From contig CM097885.1 of NCBI GenBank assembly GCA_044892525.1, positions 68,758,001 to 68,822,000 of the forward strand: a stretch of 64,000 nucleotides of DNA, written 5' to 3'. Every line of letters begins with the position of its first letter. The first letter of the stretch is position 1. Source of the DNA: Schmidtea polychroa (Eukaryota). The translations under genes and the position numbers were made by a program. The notes below the pieces were generated by a model. The model saw nothing but the letters and a program-made list of their open reading frames with translations, was not told where the DNA came from and did no database searches. Positions 20,821 through 33,780 of the stretch are shown in pieces.

Positions 20821-23569
20821 TTTAAAAACGGCGTTTTCGAAAAAATCATGGCAAAATTGTCTGGAATGGGAGAACCACGTCGACTTTCTGATAGAGCATG
20901 CGGATCTCCTCTTTCAATTCTATATTATCAGCGTTTTTATCTGTGCGCGAATAGCAGGGCTTGATGGAGTGTTGTATTTCCTACAACTAAAATATTTCGA
21001 AATGTTAGGAGGTGTTTAATTAACTAATTTTTTTATTTAAATATATTTTATTGGAAACATCGTGGGAAGGAATCGAGTAACGCACTCCGTAGTGTAACCG
21101 GAATCGCTGAGGATGATACATTTATTACACATATACCATTAAAAGATATGGACATATTATTAGTAAATGTTATCATGGATTTGGTGTCCATTAATGTGTC
21201 GAAACCTGTTTAATGTGATTAAGGGATTTAGAACTAACTGTTAACCATCTCTATTTCAAAACTTTGGCTATCCGTTGATCAGTGTACATTTAAGGATATA
21301 TGTGCTTGCCAGTTCTACCAAACCAATGAAACATGTGGGAAAAACTGCATCCAATTTACTGAATATTATTGATTAGGGACATTTTTGAAGTTTCTTACGA
21401 AGTTGTTTCTTACGAAAAAGGGTAATGGGAAATCTGTAGTGTTCAAATAAAATCTCTCAATAACTAGTGTGCAGTTTGTCACAAAAGAAGACATAACTAT
21501 CGCAATACTACTTTCCCACCCTGGTTTAACCAAAAAGGAAAACTCTCAATCGGATTTCCATATGCATTTTCCCCCAACAAATTTTTCTTTACCTTTTTTG
21601 GAATTATCTGTAGGTGTAGTTGTAAAAAGAATTAAAATCTGTAACACTTAAAATGCATGACCACAAAGTGATCGGCTTTATAATTTAGCATTTCCTATAC
21701 TCTAATAGAAGAATCAATAAATTTTTATTATAAGCAACACATAGACTTGTCTGTTTGTTGAAAATATCGCTGCAGAGTTTAACCATTTTATTTTGTGATC
21801 GACAAAATTTAAAAAAATAATAAAATATACCAGCAGAATTCTTGAATTATAAAAACAAGTAAATTGGCGCTGGAATTTAACGTTGCCCAAAATAGACCAT
21901 GGTTGCAACAAAAAGAAATTGAAAACCAAGTCTTTCCTAAGTTTCCAAAATCCACTTATTTTGAGTTGGATTAAAATTTCGGAATTTAAATTATTTTTAA
22001 GAATTTGAAAACTACTAACCACTGCTCATAATACTAAAAATTGGACAGTTAGGATTTAATTAAGATATAGTAAAAATACTGGATTTATGTACGAACACAC
22101 AGTATTAAATTATTGAATTTTGAAACCGGTAATCAGTCGTATTAAAATTAATAGTAAATAAACGTAAAATCAAACAAATTTTGAGTCAGTTTTTCATCTA
22201 GAAGTCAAGAGCTTCATAGTGTTAGAAGATGGGCGAATACTAAAGATTTTGAAATCTAAATATTATATAGTGTGAAGGATAAATATAGGGTAAATATACA
22301 TATTCAGAACAAGGAGTAATAATGAACTGTGGAGAAATTTGAGACTTCGATGATGATTTCATGACAATATATGATTAATTCATGTGATCTACTAACCTAT
22401 ATATTTGTATTTATTAAAAAGAGCTTGAAGACTATAAATCAGTAAATATATCGATGTTCTTGATAGTCTTCAAGACCTTTCTAATAAATAAAAACGTTCT
22501 TATAATCCTATATATTTGTGTTATTATATCGATTATGACAATTTTATTATTCTGATAACTGTAATTATATATTTTATTTCTATTGATTTATTTTTGGTAA
22601 CGGATTATTTTTTTATCTGTCATTATATTTTCATATTTTGTTTCTTGGCGGCATTATATATTAAACATTACATTTATTTTTCTTGATTTATGTTTCTTGA
22701 TAACGGTATAAATTAAAATAAACCCCCATATATAAATAATTAATTTATAATTAATTAAATATCGCCTTCTAGAGGCTAAAAAATATAATAATTTTTGTAT
22801 TAATTAAAACGTTCCCAACATGTTCTTCAGCAACCTCTAACGAAAATAATTAAGGAAAAAAGTGACAATTGACTCAAATAAACACTCAAAAATAACTCCA
22901 AAAAAATTTCTCAACTCAAAGATATATCACATTTTTAGTAATTAAAATTTTATAAATAGTAATAATAAACAAAAAAAATCATAAATATTGGTAACATAAT
23001 TATTGTAATAGTGATACTGTTTGGGTATTGGGTTGGTAAAAATATTTTAAATTTACCAATCAAATCGCTGACTCCAAAGTGCGCTTTATTTGATCCACAA
23101 AATAACTATTCTCAGACAATATAAACTTTTATTGATTATCACAATTGATTACATGTATTTTAAAAACACGATTGATTCAATACTCAAATAGGTAATTACA
23201 CAGAGCTTACTACTTATGGAATAGCTCTGCTCGTATAATCCCAATTTCTGAACAATCACCAGTCGTTGATCTGACTCAATAGTTTGGTAAATTGAATTGA
23301 GTTTCCTTTGCTTTGACTTGAATTTTTTCAGTATACTTTAAACCTTTTTTATCGAACTCAATTTGAGTTATGTTTTAAAATTGTTTTTGATATAATTATA
23401 AATATAACTGCATATAATAGCAATAAAGATGATAATGGTAATACTTATGGTAATACGTATACACCCTGTTGTAATGTTCCGGGGTTTATCTTTACCTAAT
23501 TGAATTACAGTATCTATGTAACGAACTATTGTGTGTGAAATGGGTATGTAGTTAGTATTTGAATGTCTA

Positions 23570-23990
23570 TGTTATAAGGAGCTTGATAAACCCGATAGAG
23601 TCACCGTTAAAAATTGCGGCGGGATAATCGGGGTGCGTGTATATATGTATGTTTATAAAACCCTGATAAAATGATAAATAACTAACAATATAACTACAAA
23701 ACGTTTATTAAAGAATAACATTTATTCGACCTGATTTAGGAAATATCTTTATTTTCTCGTGTTGATGAACTTAGATAATGAGTAATAGAGATTAATCTTT
23801 AGAAATATCTTTGTATCCTCTTTTAGATTAACTTGGAAGAAATGGGCAATTGTAATTAAACTTCAGAAATATCTTTGTATTCTCTTTTTGATTAACTTGG
23901 TTTCGATTTTTTTTTCGATTTTTTTTATTTTACTATAGTGATAATTTGCTATAGTAAATTATCGATATATTTTTTTTTAAGATTTTTATT
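23570..23990 (+). repeat. Dispersed repeat with 5' CCCGAT...ATCGGG hairpin and 3' TACTATAG palindrome (related copies 44171-44800 plus, 39612-40055 minus)
   Basis: Shared AACCCGATAGAGTCRCC in three copies; TACTATAG-N10-CTATAGTA at 23931 and 44754, with a variant at 20329. Confidence 0.7.
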
Positions 23991-24824
23991 TCAGGATGTT
24001 GGGGGCGCCAAAACAGGAATAAAAATAAAACCTAATTGAGGTTCTGTTTTGGCCCATAATTATCATTAAAAATGTAAAATCCATTTAAACAAAAATCAAA
24101 CAAATTATAATTATTGTAACAAAACATAGAAAAAGATGGGTTAAATGATATGCAGAGACCAACCCTTACATTTCTAATCTCAGGGACGCTGGAAATAAAA
24201 AATAGTAACTAATCTGTACTTTTAAAAATAAAAATGTGCTTATGAAAAAGTAAACACTACTGACATATTTGAAAGCCACAAAAAATAACTATATAAATCA
24301 TAGTTTTCCTTAGTCAAATCACCAAAAATTGTAAGCTAAGAAGAGTTATACATTAATAGTGACTCTATAAAATCAATATCTGTTTAATATAAATAAATCT
24401 AATATAATATGTTAACGTAATCGCCAATAATTCGACAGAAAACATTTATCAAATAATCTCATATCTTTGATTTTTTTTACATTCGTAATCCGTAAAAACT
24501 TTTAACACATAAGTCCGAAGTAGATGACAACAAAAAACATTAAGTAAAAAATAAAACGACACAAAGACGAGAGAAAGTGAGTCGCAATATCTTCTACGGT
24601 AGCTCATGAACCGAGAGGTTCTTCGGGTCATTAACAGTTCTTATTGTGAGCTCATCTTTTACCGACAGTCACTTGCTAAATCCACTACTAACTTGCGATA
24701 ACGGTGTAGTGGCTGATTGAAATAATTATGCGTGGTTGCTAGTGTTGGTTACTTAGGGGTGTGTCATTTTTACATTTTAGAATACGTTAAGGGTAATCAT
24801 AATCGTTCGACTCTTTCCTAAGCA

Positions 24825-24990
24825 CCTCCATGACTATTGCAATTTAAACCATTTGTGTACCCATGGCGACGACCATGTTGGTACTGTACACAAATGTGAA
24901 AAAACAATGAGCAGGTGAGCTCTATTACTAAAACTACTCCCCATTGTATTTTCTTTTCGGGTTCTAAACTGCCGATAGAAGGTCTTACGT
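24825..24990 (-). ncRNA. Conserved structured RNA motif, copy C
   Basis: Minus strand GTAAGACCTTCTA...GAACCC...AGTAGT...GCTCACCT...CATTTGTGTAC-AGTACCAAC-ATGG...CCAT-GG-GTACACAAATG...TGGAGG. Confidence 0.7.
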
Positions 24991-25830
24991 CATTATTCAC
25001 TATGTATGCTGTTTTAAGATCATTTGTGGTCCTCAATTACGGGTATTTCCAATTATTCTCTTATAAAACTTTGCACAGGGATCCGCCCTTATTTTCCATC
25101 TAATAATTATTGTTCTATACTTCCTATAATATCCAAATTATCCTTCAAAAAATTTGAGCAGGGATTGGCCCTTATTTCCAAGTTAATCCACACTTCCCAT
25201 AATATTTAAATTATTCTGCAAAAAATTTGCGCAGGGATCTGCCTGTATTTCTAAGTAAAACCTATTTCCGACTAGAAAATACTTACGGAGACGGACCAGG
25301 GGATAAGCCTCCTCGTTATGACCCGATCAATCCGTGAGAATCTGAAAAGCCAGCTGACCTACTCACAATAGGAACCACCAGTGTCCCTTAAGCTGTGGCC
25401 TACTGGATCTCAGCTTCACTGTAACTATTTTTCATAAATAATAAGCCTAACAATTGAACCAAATAAAAATTATTATCCAAAACTTAAAAATTAAATGAAA
25501 ATTAAACAATTTAACAACTAAACTAAATTGAATAAAAAATTTATTTAACTTAAAACATTACATAAAAATTTCATATTAAAATAAAATTAACCAGTCCAAT
25601 CCACGATGGCATAAAATCGAAAATTGAGAGCATATGTTCACTACCTGACAAACGATTTGTGGTGTAAATCTGAAAACTAATTTAACAAGTTCAACAACTG
25701 AAATTTCAATCCGTATTTATACTGATTGAATTGTACGCCTACGCATTCTCTGCTACTATATCCAATTAGAATGCGAGGCAATTCTGATTAATTTTTGCAT
25801 GCATGCGTGAATGTGTGCAATTGTTTATTT

Positions 25831-28766
25831 CAGTGTTTCGAACCCCGAAAATTATGGGTTCGGGTTCGGGTTCGGGTTCAATGGAATAAAATTTAATGGG
25901 TTCGGGTTCGGTTCGGGTTTGGGTTCGGTTCGGGTTTGGGTTCAGGTTCAAATTAAAAAAAGCGAAATTTTTAATTAATATTTTATTTTGAATATATAGA
26001 AATATATATCAGTATTAAAGTATTATATAATATTATTTAATTTATTTTTGGAAAAAATTTTCATTAAGTCTAACAAATAAAATGTTTCTTAAAGAATCAA
26101 CACTTAAATGTATTCTTTGTGGAGCTAAAATTAGTTTCAGCGCAGAAAATGCCCTCTCGACGCTGACTTGTGTAGCAGGAACAGCAAATACAATCTGAGC
26201 AGCTTCATAAAGTAATGGTGTTTCCATTTTTTTTTGCTCCCAGAATTCTAAAATATTTTTGTCTTTAGGAAGCCTGGGATAGCTTTCATAAATATCGATT
26301 TCGGTTTTGAAAGCCATACAAGCATTGGATTTGTTAAAATTTTTCGGCATTGATGCTGCAGCTGATATAGAATTTTTTTCTTTGTTCTTTAGCATTTCTT
26401 CCAGCATGTCTGCTTCTTCATCTGAGGAACTAGAGATTAAATTGGAAGTGATAGTAGTTTCGCTAGTTCGTGCTTTATTTTCAGTTTCCAGATGTAAATC
26501 TTTTAATTTTCTTATTGTGGATAAAATGTGATTTTGAGCTTTGGTTGTATTATCATCATTAAGCATCAATTTGAATCTAGGATCTAAATATATGGCGGCG
26601 TTTAAAAGTTCATTATCTATAAATGATTTTTCTCGTTTAATAATATTTGAATATAAATCTGCACCTAATTTTTTATTCGTGATTTTTTGTAAATCTAATT
26701 TAAACTTCAACCACAGCCCATAAAAATCTCCTAAATTCATCTGCTCATTTTGTAACTGCAAAGTTAACTTTTAAATGGCTCTAAAATTTCAACAAAATCT
26801 GAAATAAATTGCCACATATTTTCATTCATGCTTAGATCAGGATCTACTACATCTAAACAAAAAGTTTTATAATCCAACAAGCGTTTGAGCATATCGAAGG
26901 TGGAATTCCACCGAGTTGGACAATCCAACATAGCTTTCTTTAAGCCCAACTTTTTAGCTAATGAAGCTCTATTAGGTGTCCTCAACTTTTTGGAAATATC
27001 TCTGCATGTGGCAATCTTTTTTTTTACTGAAGAGTTACTAGTAGTGTCATAAACTGCTAATTGAGCAGTATGGGCTACGCACCTAAAATGAATAATATTA
27101 CCATATAAATTAGACAACATTTCCAGACCTTCTTCTTCATTCTCAACTATTAATTCCTCATCTTCATCTTCTACTTCTTCAAGGTCAGAAACTTCTTGAA
27201 ACTCATCTCTTAACAGCTCAGCCGCTTTAAGCATGTTTCTACCATTATCTGAAGTAACTGAATAAACTTGGCTTAATTGTATATCGTAAGATTGGATTAC
27301 TTCAATTATCACATTTTTTATGTAATTAGCTGTTTGACGATCGTCAACCTCATGCATGGCTAAAGTTCTCAAATTAATTTTTCCATTGTTAATGAACTGA
27401 ATATTTATGCCAATTACGCTTCTACCAAGCCGGGATGCTGAATCAATTTTTACAGATATTAATTTTTTTTTCAACTCGCCTTTAATCAAATTTTTCATTT
27501 CAATAGCCTTATTATTTACTAAATCCTTAATATTTTCAGAATTTACAGCCAGTTTTAATGATTTCATTATCGGTTCTATTATATCACGCATGCCAGAATC
27601 TTTGAAAATAGTAAACGGGCGCCCATTAACGGTAACTAATTTTATGCAGGCATCAGTGAAATATTTTGATGACATATTAATTTTAATCAAATTGAAATAA
27701 TTTTCAATGGAAACTGAATTTGTATCCTGAAGTTTAAACTTTTTGGTGGTTTGTGATGTAGACTCTTCAGTTATATTTCGATATTCATCAGGATGTTTCC
27801 GTTTGATATGGCGACCCAGATTTGCAGTATGTTTACCTTTCATAGAAAAAGAGCATTTTGTACATATTGACTGGTCTTTGATAGAATCATATTCGAAAAA
27901 TTTTTTTAAATGGTTTGCTGACATCTGAAGGACAAAAATTTTTTTTTAATATAATTTATAATTAAAAATAAAAACCGTAAAATGGAAAATTTTTTAATTA
28001 ATTACTACAAAAATTTAAGCACCTAAATTTATGTTAAAAAAGTTCCCACAAACATATATTCGAAGAAATATATTCGCAAGTTAAAAAAAAATTAATTAAA
28101 AAAGCGCGCTGGAATAAAACAAATGCATACATAAGTTGTAGTTAGTTATAGTTACCTTAATGTTTTATCCAAGTTTTTTCTGTAATACAGTATTTTTAAT
28201 TTTTTAATATTTATTTTCAATTAATTAATTTATTTAGCATCACACTTTTTTAAATATTACACACTTTTTAAATAATAGTATAATAATCAGGCTACAAATT
28301 TCTTTGACTGTTGAAATTGGAATAATTTTTCTTTCTGATTTTTAAATTTAATTTGAAAATGGAGAAAATAATATAATCACTATAACAACAATCTAGATTT
28401 GATGAACACTAGATGAAAATGATAAAAATAATATACATAAATCGCGACGATGTAATCAATACAAAAGTTTGTAACAAAACCAAATGTAAATTTGTTCATG
28501 TTCATTCACGCACGATTTACGGAACATTCATGTTCTGAGAAACAAACAAAAAATAAGAAAAATGTTTCTTAGAAAAAAATACATTTTTTCATTTTTTTTG
28601 TTATTCAGGAATAAAAAATTTCTCAAAAAAAATTAAAAAAAATTAAAAAAATGTTTTTTTTATAGAACCTGAACCCGGTTTTTGAATGGGTTCGGGATCG
28701 GTTCGGGTTCACAAATTTGTTTGAACCGGAGCGGGTTTTGGGTTCGGGTTCGGGTTCGAAACACTG
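25831..28766 (-). mobile_element. hAT DNA transposon, full length (2936 bp)
   Basis: TIR CAGTGTTTCGAACC; perfect 8-bp TSD GTTTATTT (25823-25830, 28767-28774); subterminal GGGTTC repeats. Confidence 0.95.
26042..27924 (-). CDS. hAT transposase (Ac/ZBED4-like) with one in-frame stop at 26764-26766
   Basis: BED finger CTKC...RHIKRKH, KIDS, TSDNG, CVAH, TRWNS and SVERAFS. ORFs 26764-27924 and 26042-26761 are in the same frame. Confidence 0.9.
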
Positions 28767-30014
28767 GTTTATTTTTTAATTTAATTAATCAAAATTCTAT
28801 TTTTTATTAATTTTTAAGATTTATTTTTATAATTCTATAATTTAAATGGTTTTTGCTAATTTTAATTTAGTTTTACAAGTTTTTATAATTTAAATAAGTT
28901 TAGTTAACTTTAATTTAGTTTCATTGATTTAAACAATCTGGTTTTATAAATTTTATAATTCATCTAATTTTTCTACTTTTATTCCACTTTTTATCATTTT
29001 ATCAGTTTAATCGATATTTTATTTTAAATTTTAAATTTATTTATTTAACAATTTTTCATATTATAAATTAATTTATTATCCATTATTTTATTATTATTTT
29101 TTTTTGTTAGCTATTCCGAATGCGATATTTCTCCTAACTGTGTTAGTGATCGCGACCTTTATTTGCGTTCCTTTATTTTATTACCCGGTCTTATTTATCA
29201 TCAATGTGTTATGTACTTTAATTTGTATTGATTGGTGTTCTAATTTAACTTGGTGCGATTTTTTTGTTATATATTTTTGATTCATTAAAACAAGCTCTCA
29301 ATTCTCGGTTCCAGCCCAACACCAGTGGAACGCGAAGACTGCGAAAATGTTGAGCAGATAAGCAGCTGGAAGGGATGGATTCTCTCAACACGTAACTCAC
29401 CATTACTAAAATTTCTAATGACGGGTAGAGGCTGGTAACTTCATGTTTTTGATTGGTTTTGCGTCGGTTGATAATTGATTTATATTAATGAAAACAATAA
29501 ATTGGTTTCATGCTTACTTTAGATGAAGGAAAAATATATATTATTATAATAAAATCAATATTTCCCTCATTTCCGCTAAATTCAATCACATATTAATTTT
29601 CATTTTGTAATATTTAATTAGGTTGTTTGAAAATTTTAATTTAAATAAAATTTAATAAGATATATTTGTTTCACTCAAATTATTAAGTATTATCGAAATT
29701 AGTTTTAATGATTAGTTTATTTGCATATCTAAATTCAAATAATTATATTTAATAATGAATAAGTGTGATTACATGTATAATGAATTGTGCGAAATTCTCT
29801 TGAACGAGATTAAAAATTTCGAATTGTCATGTAAAGAGCTTGAAGAAAGTAAAATTGAATTATGAACAATTTCCTTGATTTGGTTATTTAGTTTTTAACC
29901 CTGCATTGCCACGAATTGCAAGATATCAATCAATCTCTGAATTTGAGGTGCAAGCTGCCGATCTAAAGAAGATATTTCATAAAAAATTTAAAAAATGTGT
30001 GGTATTGGGAAGGT

Positions 30015-31235
30015 TGAATTTTAATATTTTCATTATAAAATAATTTTTAAAGTTAATTTCAATGATTATTATTTAATGACTTTATGATTTTTCATTATGT
30101 TTTCTTTACCATTATCCTTGGATTTTTGGGTATTTAATAGGAGATATATTACGCTTTTATTATTTGGTAGCTGAAATAATAAAATTACTAATATTAATGT
30201 CTTTGCAAATTCTTATAAATAAACTAAAAATTAGCCACCATCTTTTCTTTAATTGATTCAAATTTTCTTTTTTGCCTGGGCTTTATGTCAACTCAGTGAC
30301 TTTTAGACCAGTTGACTGCGGTTTCACTTTTTTATCTTCTGTATGTCATAAACTGAAAACGTATTTGTTTTACAAGTTTTTGTATGTTTTCTTGGTGTAT
30401 TTTTTGATTTTTATGCTTGATGAATTTTGACAAAGATTATGAAGAATAATCAACAAAAGTTATACCAATTTAATAATAGAATATAATAATCAAAAGGCTG
30501 GAAATAAGTAGCTTGTTTAAATAACAAGTTCATTTCAGGGCTTTATTTCTTTTGTTAATCATTATTATCATTATTTATCCAAGTTAGTCAATAGGTGCAG
30601 TTGAGGTTTCAGACATTCTTGGTAACAAATTATCGACGGATCAATATTGAATGAAAAGAAACACAAAATTCTCTTTGTTATCTGCACATCTCTATGTGTA
30701 ATAAAAAATTTCAATATTCTTAAAAATTAATTTTAATAATTTTCACATTTTTATATAACATTATTTTACATTCACATCATTTTGCCCGATATAACACTAA
30801 TAATACGACAATAGAAATACAAGCACATTTATTGCATTCATACTACTTATTAAACCTTTATTGTGCTCATTATTAATAATCAATCCCTTCAGTCAATAAT
30901 GATGAAGGACTTCAGAAAGGAGATAAGGGGTAGTCATTCCTAAGTATGTGATGTTGTATCCATGACATTTTAATTCATAACCGAAATTCTAAAACGATCT
31001 GAAAAGGATTTGATGTCCACTAATAAATATAAATACGAACTGAATTTTAATATTTTCATTATAAAATAATTTTTAAAGTTAATTGCAATGATTATTTTTT
31101 AATGACTTTATGATTTTTCATTATGTTTTCCTTACCATTATCCTTGGATTTTTGGTGTATTTAATAAATCTAGGAGATATATTATGATTTTATTATTTTG
31201 TAGCTGAAATAATAAAATTACTGATATTAATGTAT
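30015..31235 (+). repeat. Pair of ~190-bp AT-rich direct repeats (30015-30200, 31043-31235)
   Basis: Near-identical TGAATTTTAATATTTTCATTATAAAATAATTTTTAAAG... blocks. Confidence 0.7.
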
Positions 31236-31967
31236 TTTTAATTAATGGAAAACTATTATAAGTTTGTGCTGCAAATTGTTATAAATAAACTTTTTGAGAA
31301 AAATGATAAAGTAGAATGTAAGGTTTTACTGTGGATCCATTTTATCACATTTATACACTGTTTAACGCGAGAAATATCATTTATAATATAAGAAAAAAGT
31401 CAATAATTTTACCTGAGGGTTTATTTTGCTATTCTATGGAACAAAATCATGTAATATGACAATTGTAATATAATTTACGGAAAGTGGTAGAAATAAATAA
31501 TAAAATGCATTTCCAAAGCAAATGAAAAAGAATATTTGAAAGCAACTTTCAATATAATGTGCTTACTGAAAAGAATTAATACCTTATTGGGCTTGACAAT
31601 TTGAAAAAACATCAATTAAAAACGCCAATAGTGTTTACTTCGTGTCTTTTCTTCTTACGCTCCAAAACCTTCATTTTTATGCTTTAATCAATGATTTTTC
31701 CAGTTCACTCAAAAAATAGAAAACTGTTCGTAAGATTCTTTTTTAAATTATAAATAATTACTGGACTTTTTTGACTTAATATTCGGACAAAACCTTCAAG
31801 GTTGGCAAAGGATAATAGTGAGTATTACTTTAAATTTAAAATGTGCTAACACAAAAATTGTTCTCACCTTTTTAAATTTTCTTACTCGAAAGACATTTCT
31901 ATAATGTATAATTTCAACATAAAATATTAAATATAAGAGAAATGCCAAAAATATGCTGTGAGAATTA

Positions 31968-32900
31968 CAGTAGTCACTCGGTTAATTCCGTATACTGAAT
32001 CTAATTAAAAAATACGGAATTAAATGAATTGCGGACTTCGGCGATTGTCTAGAAAAGTGGCTTTTTGAGCATTTATTGATCCATTAATGAATCGTGTGAT
32101 TTTGATAGGATATTTAATTACCTTTGAATATCAAAATGACGAAAGGATCTGGTAAGAGACTTTCTTATGCACAAAGATTAGAAATAATTGGTTTGTTGTC
32201 ACTTCCAACTCCGAAGATGAGGAAAATAGCCCGAGATTACAATGTTAATGAAAAGTCAATTTGAAATATCAAAAATAATCAGAAAAAGATACAAATACAT
32301 TTTGAAAATCTCACTGACTCGGCCAAAATCACTACATATCGAGCCTCATATCCCAAATTTCCCCAATTGGAAAATGTTCTCGAGGAATGGTTATCTGCAA
32401 GCCGAAAGATGGGATTGGTAATCACGCTGTCGATTCTGAAAATGTAAGCAACCCAGATAGTTAAGACACTTGGAATAATCCAAGACGTATTCTCAGCGTC
32501 TGACGGTTGGCTTCAGAAATTTCAAAAGCGACGTGGAATCAAAAACACAAACTTGTATGGAGAAGGTTAAAAAGTTGATATAGATGATCCTATTTTGCTT
32601 AAGAAAATATTAGATTTTGAGCAATTAATTGACACTTATGATATTATGGATGTCTATTAGATGAATGAAAAAAGATTATTCTATAGAACGATGCCCAAAT
32701 ACTCTCCTGATGTCAGACAAGGATATCACAACTGTTCGAGGAATGAAAGTTCAGAAAGAGAGAGTTACATTGGCATTGTGTTGCAATGCAACTGGTTGTC
32801 AAAAAATGTCCTTTCAGATCATTGGTAAATCCCATCAGCCTGCTTGCATTGTCGGACGTCAGTGATCTTTGTGTTATCATTGCCAAAAAATATTATTTGA
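31968..32900 (+). pseudogene. pogo/Tigger transposon remnant
   Basis: TA|CAGTAGTCACTCG end; CENP-B HTH FPQLENVLEEWL...FSASDGWLQKFQKRRGI; GMKVQKERVTLALCCNATG...IIGKS; several stops and frameshifts. Confidence 0.85.
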
Positions 32901-33429
32901 CAATGCTGGTTTCAAGTCCTACTTAGATTATGTTGGGATCTAGGTTATGAATATTTATGTCATGGGTGTAAGACGACATACATTGGAAATACTACCCATC
33001 ATCTGCGTTGTCAAGTTCCTGATCACTATCGACTGAAGGAATTGGTTAATATTAGTAAACACAATTTTGTGAAAAATTTATTGAGATGTAGTTTGATTTC
33101 AACCGTTATAAGGTTAATATGAATTATTGGATTACCGTTTTACTTATTGTAATGTATAGTTATATATATTTTTTCTTTTTAAACAAGGATACGTGACGCC
33201 TTGCTATTTCGTTTGGCGTATGTCGCGCTTGAAAAAGGAATAAAGAAACTATACAAATATTGAAAAATCGGAAAAAAAATCGAAAGGGAAATTTTAAAAA
33301 GGAGAGATTTACAAAACTATATTGTCAAACCAAAATTCATTGAACCAAAGCACTAAAATAGTTTATCCAAGTGACTTTTCAAACTAACTATATTGTGTCG
33401 TCCATTCATTCTTTAAAATATGAATTAAT

Positions 33430-33780
33430 AATAGTTTTCAGGATTTCATGAATGAGTCTGTGGAAGAGAGTATTGATTTTAGAAATCGAATTGTCTTGAT
33501 GGATAATGTAAGATTTCACAAAACTGCTTCGATAATAGTTTTTTAGTTCAAAAAACATTGCTTATGATTTTTTAACCCTCTACTCGCCCGCATTAAATCC
33601 AATTGAAGAATGTTTCAGTGTTTACACAAAGATATTTTAATAAAAGACCACTACCACAAACGAATTCGGATATTAAACAGTTCGCTGCGGAAGTTTTTAG
33701 TGAAATGAATGAAGTCTTGACATGAATGCCTTGTACTTACACATGTGGGAGTTCATGGAGTTGGTCTACACTGGTGCCTT
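33430..33780 (+). pseudogene. Tc1/IS630-like DDE transposase fragment
   Basis: IVLMDNVRFHK and LYSPALNPIEECFS. Confidence 0.75.

Larger units (their letters stand above)
23997..29321 (-). mobile_element. Giant-family Gypsy LTR C (minus strand, ~2.4 kb without the hAT insertion)
   Basis: Minus strand starts TGTTGGGCTGGAACCGA (LTR A starts TGTTGGGCTAGAACTGA) and ends CCCCCAACA; carries the RNA motif. No matching TSD found. Confidence 0.6.

Noticed and set aside
21571-21579. CCCCCAACA as the 3' end of LTR A
   Set aside because: The end at 19703 gives an exact 4-bp TSD and rejoins the Buster element; this site gives only an imperfect match.
25307-25315. GCCTCCTCG as an HDV-like ribozyme loop
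   Set aside because: The required P3 partner GGC and the P1/P2 helices are absent.
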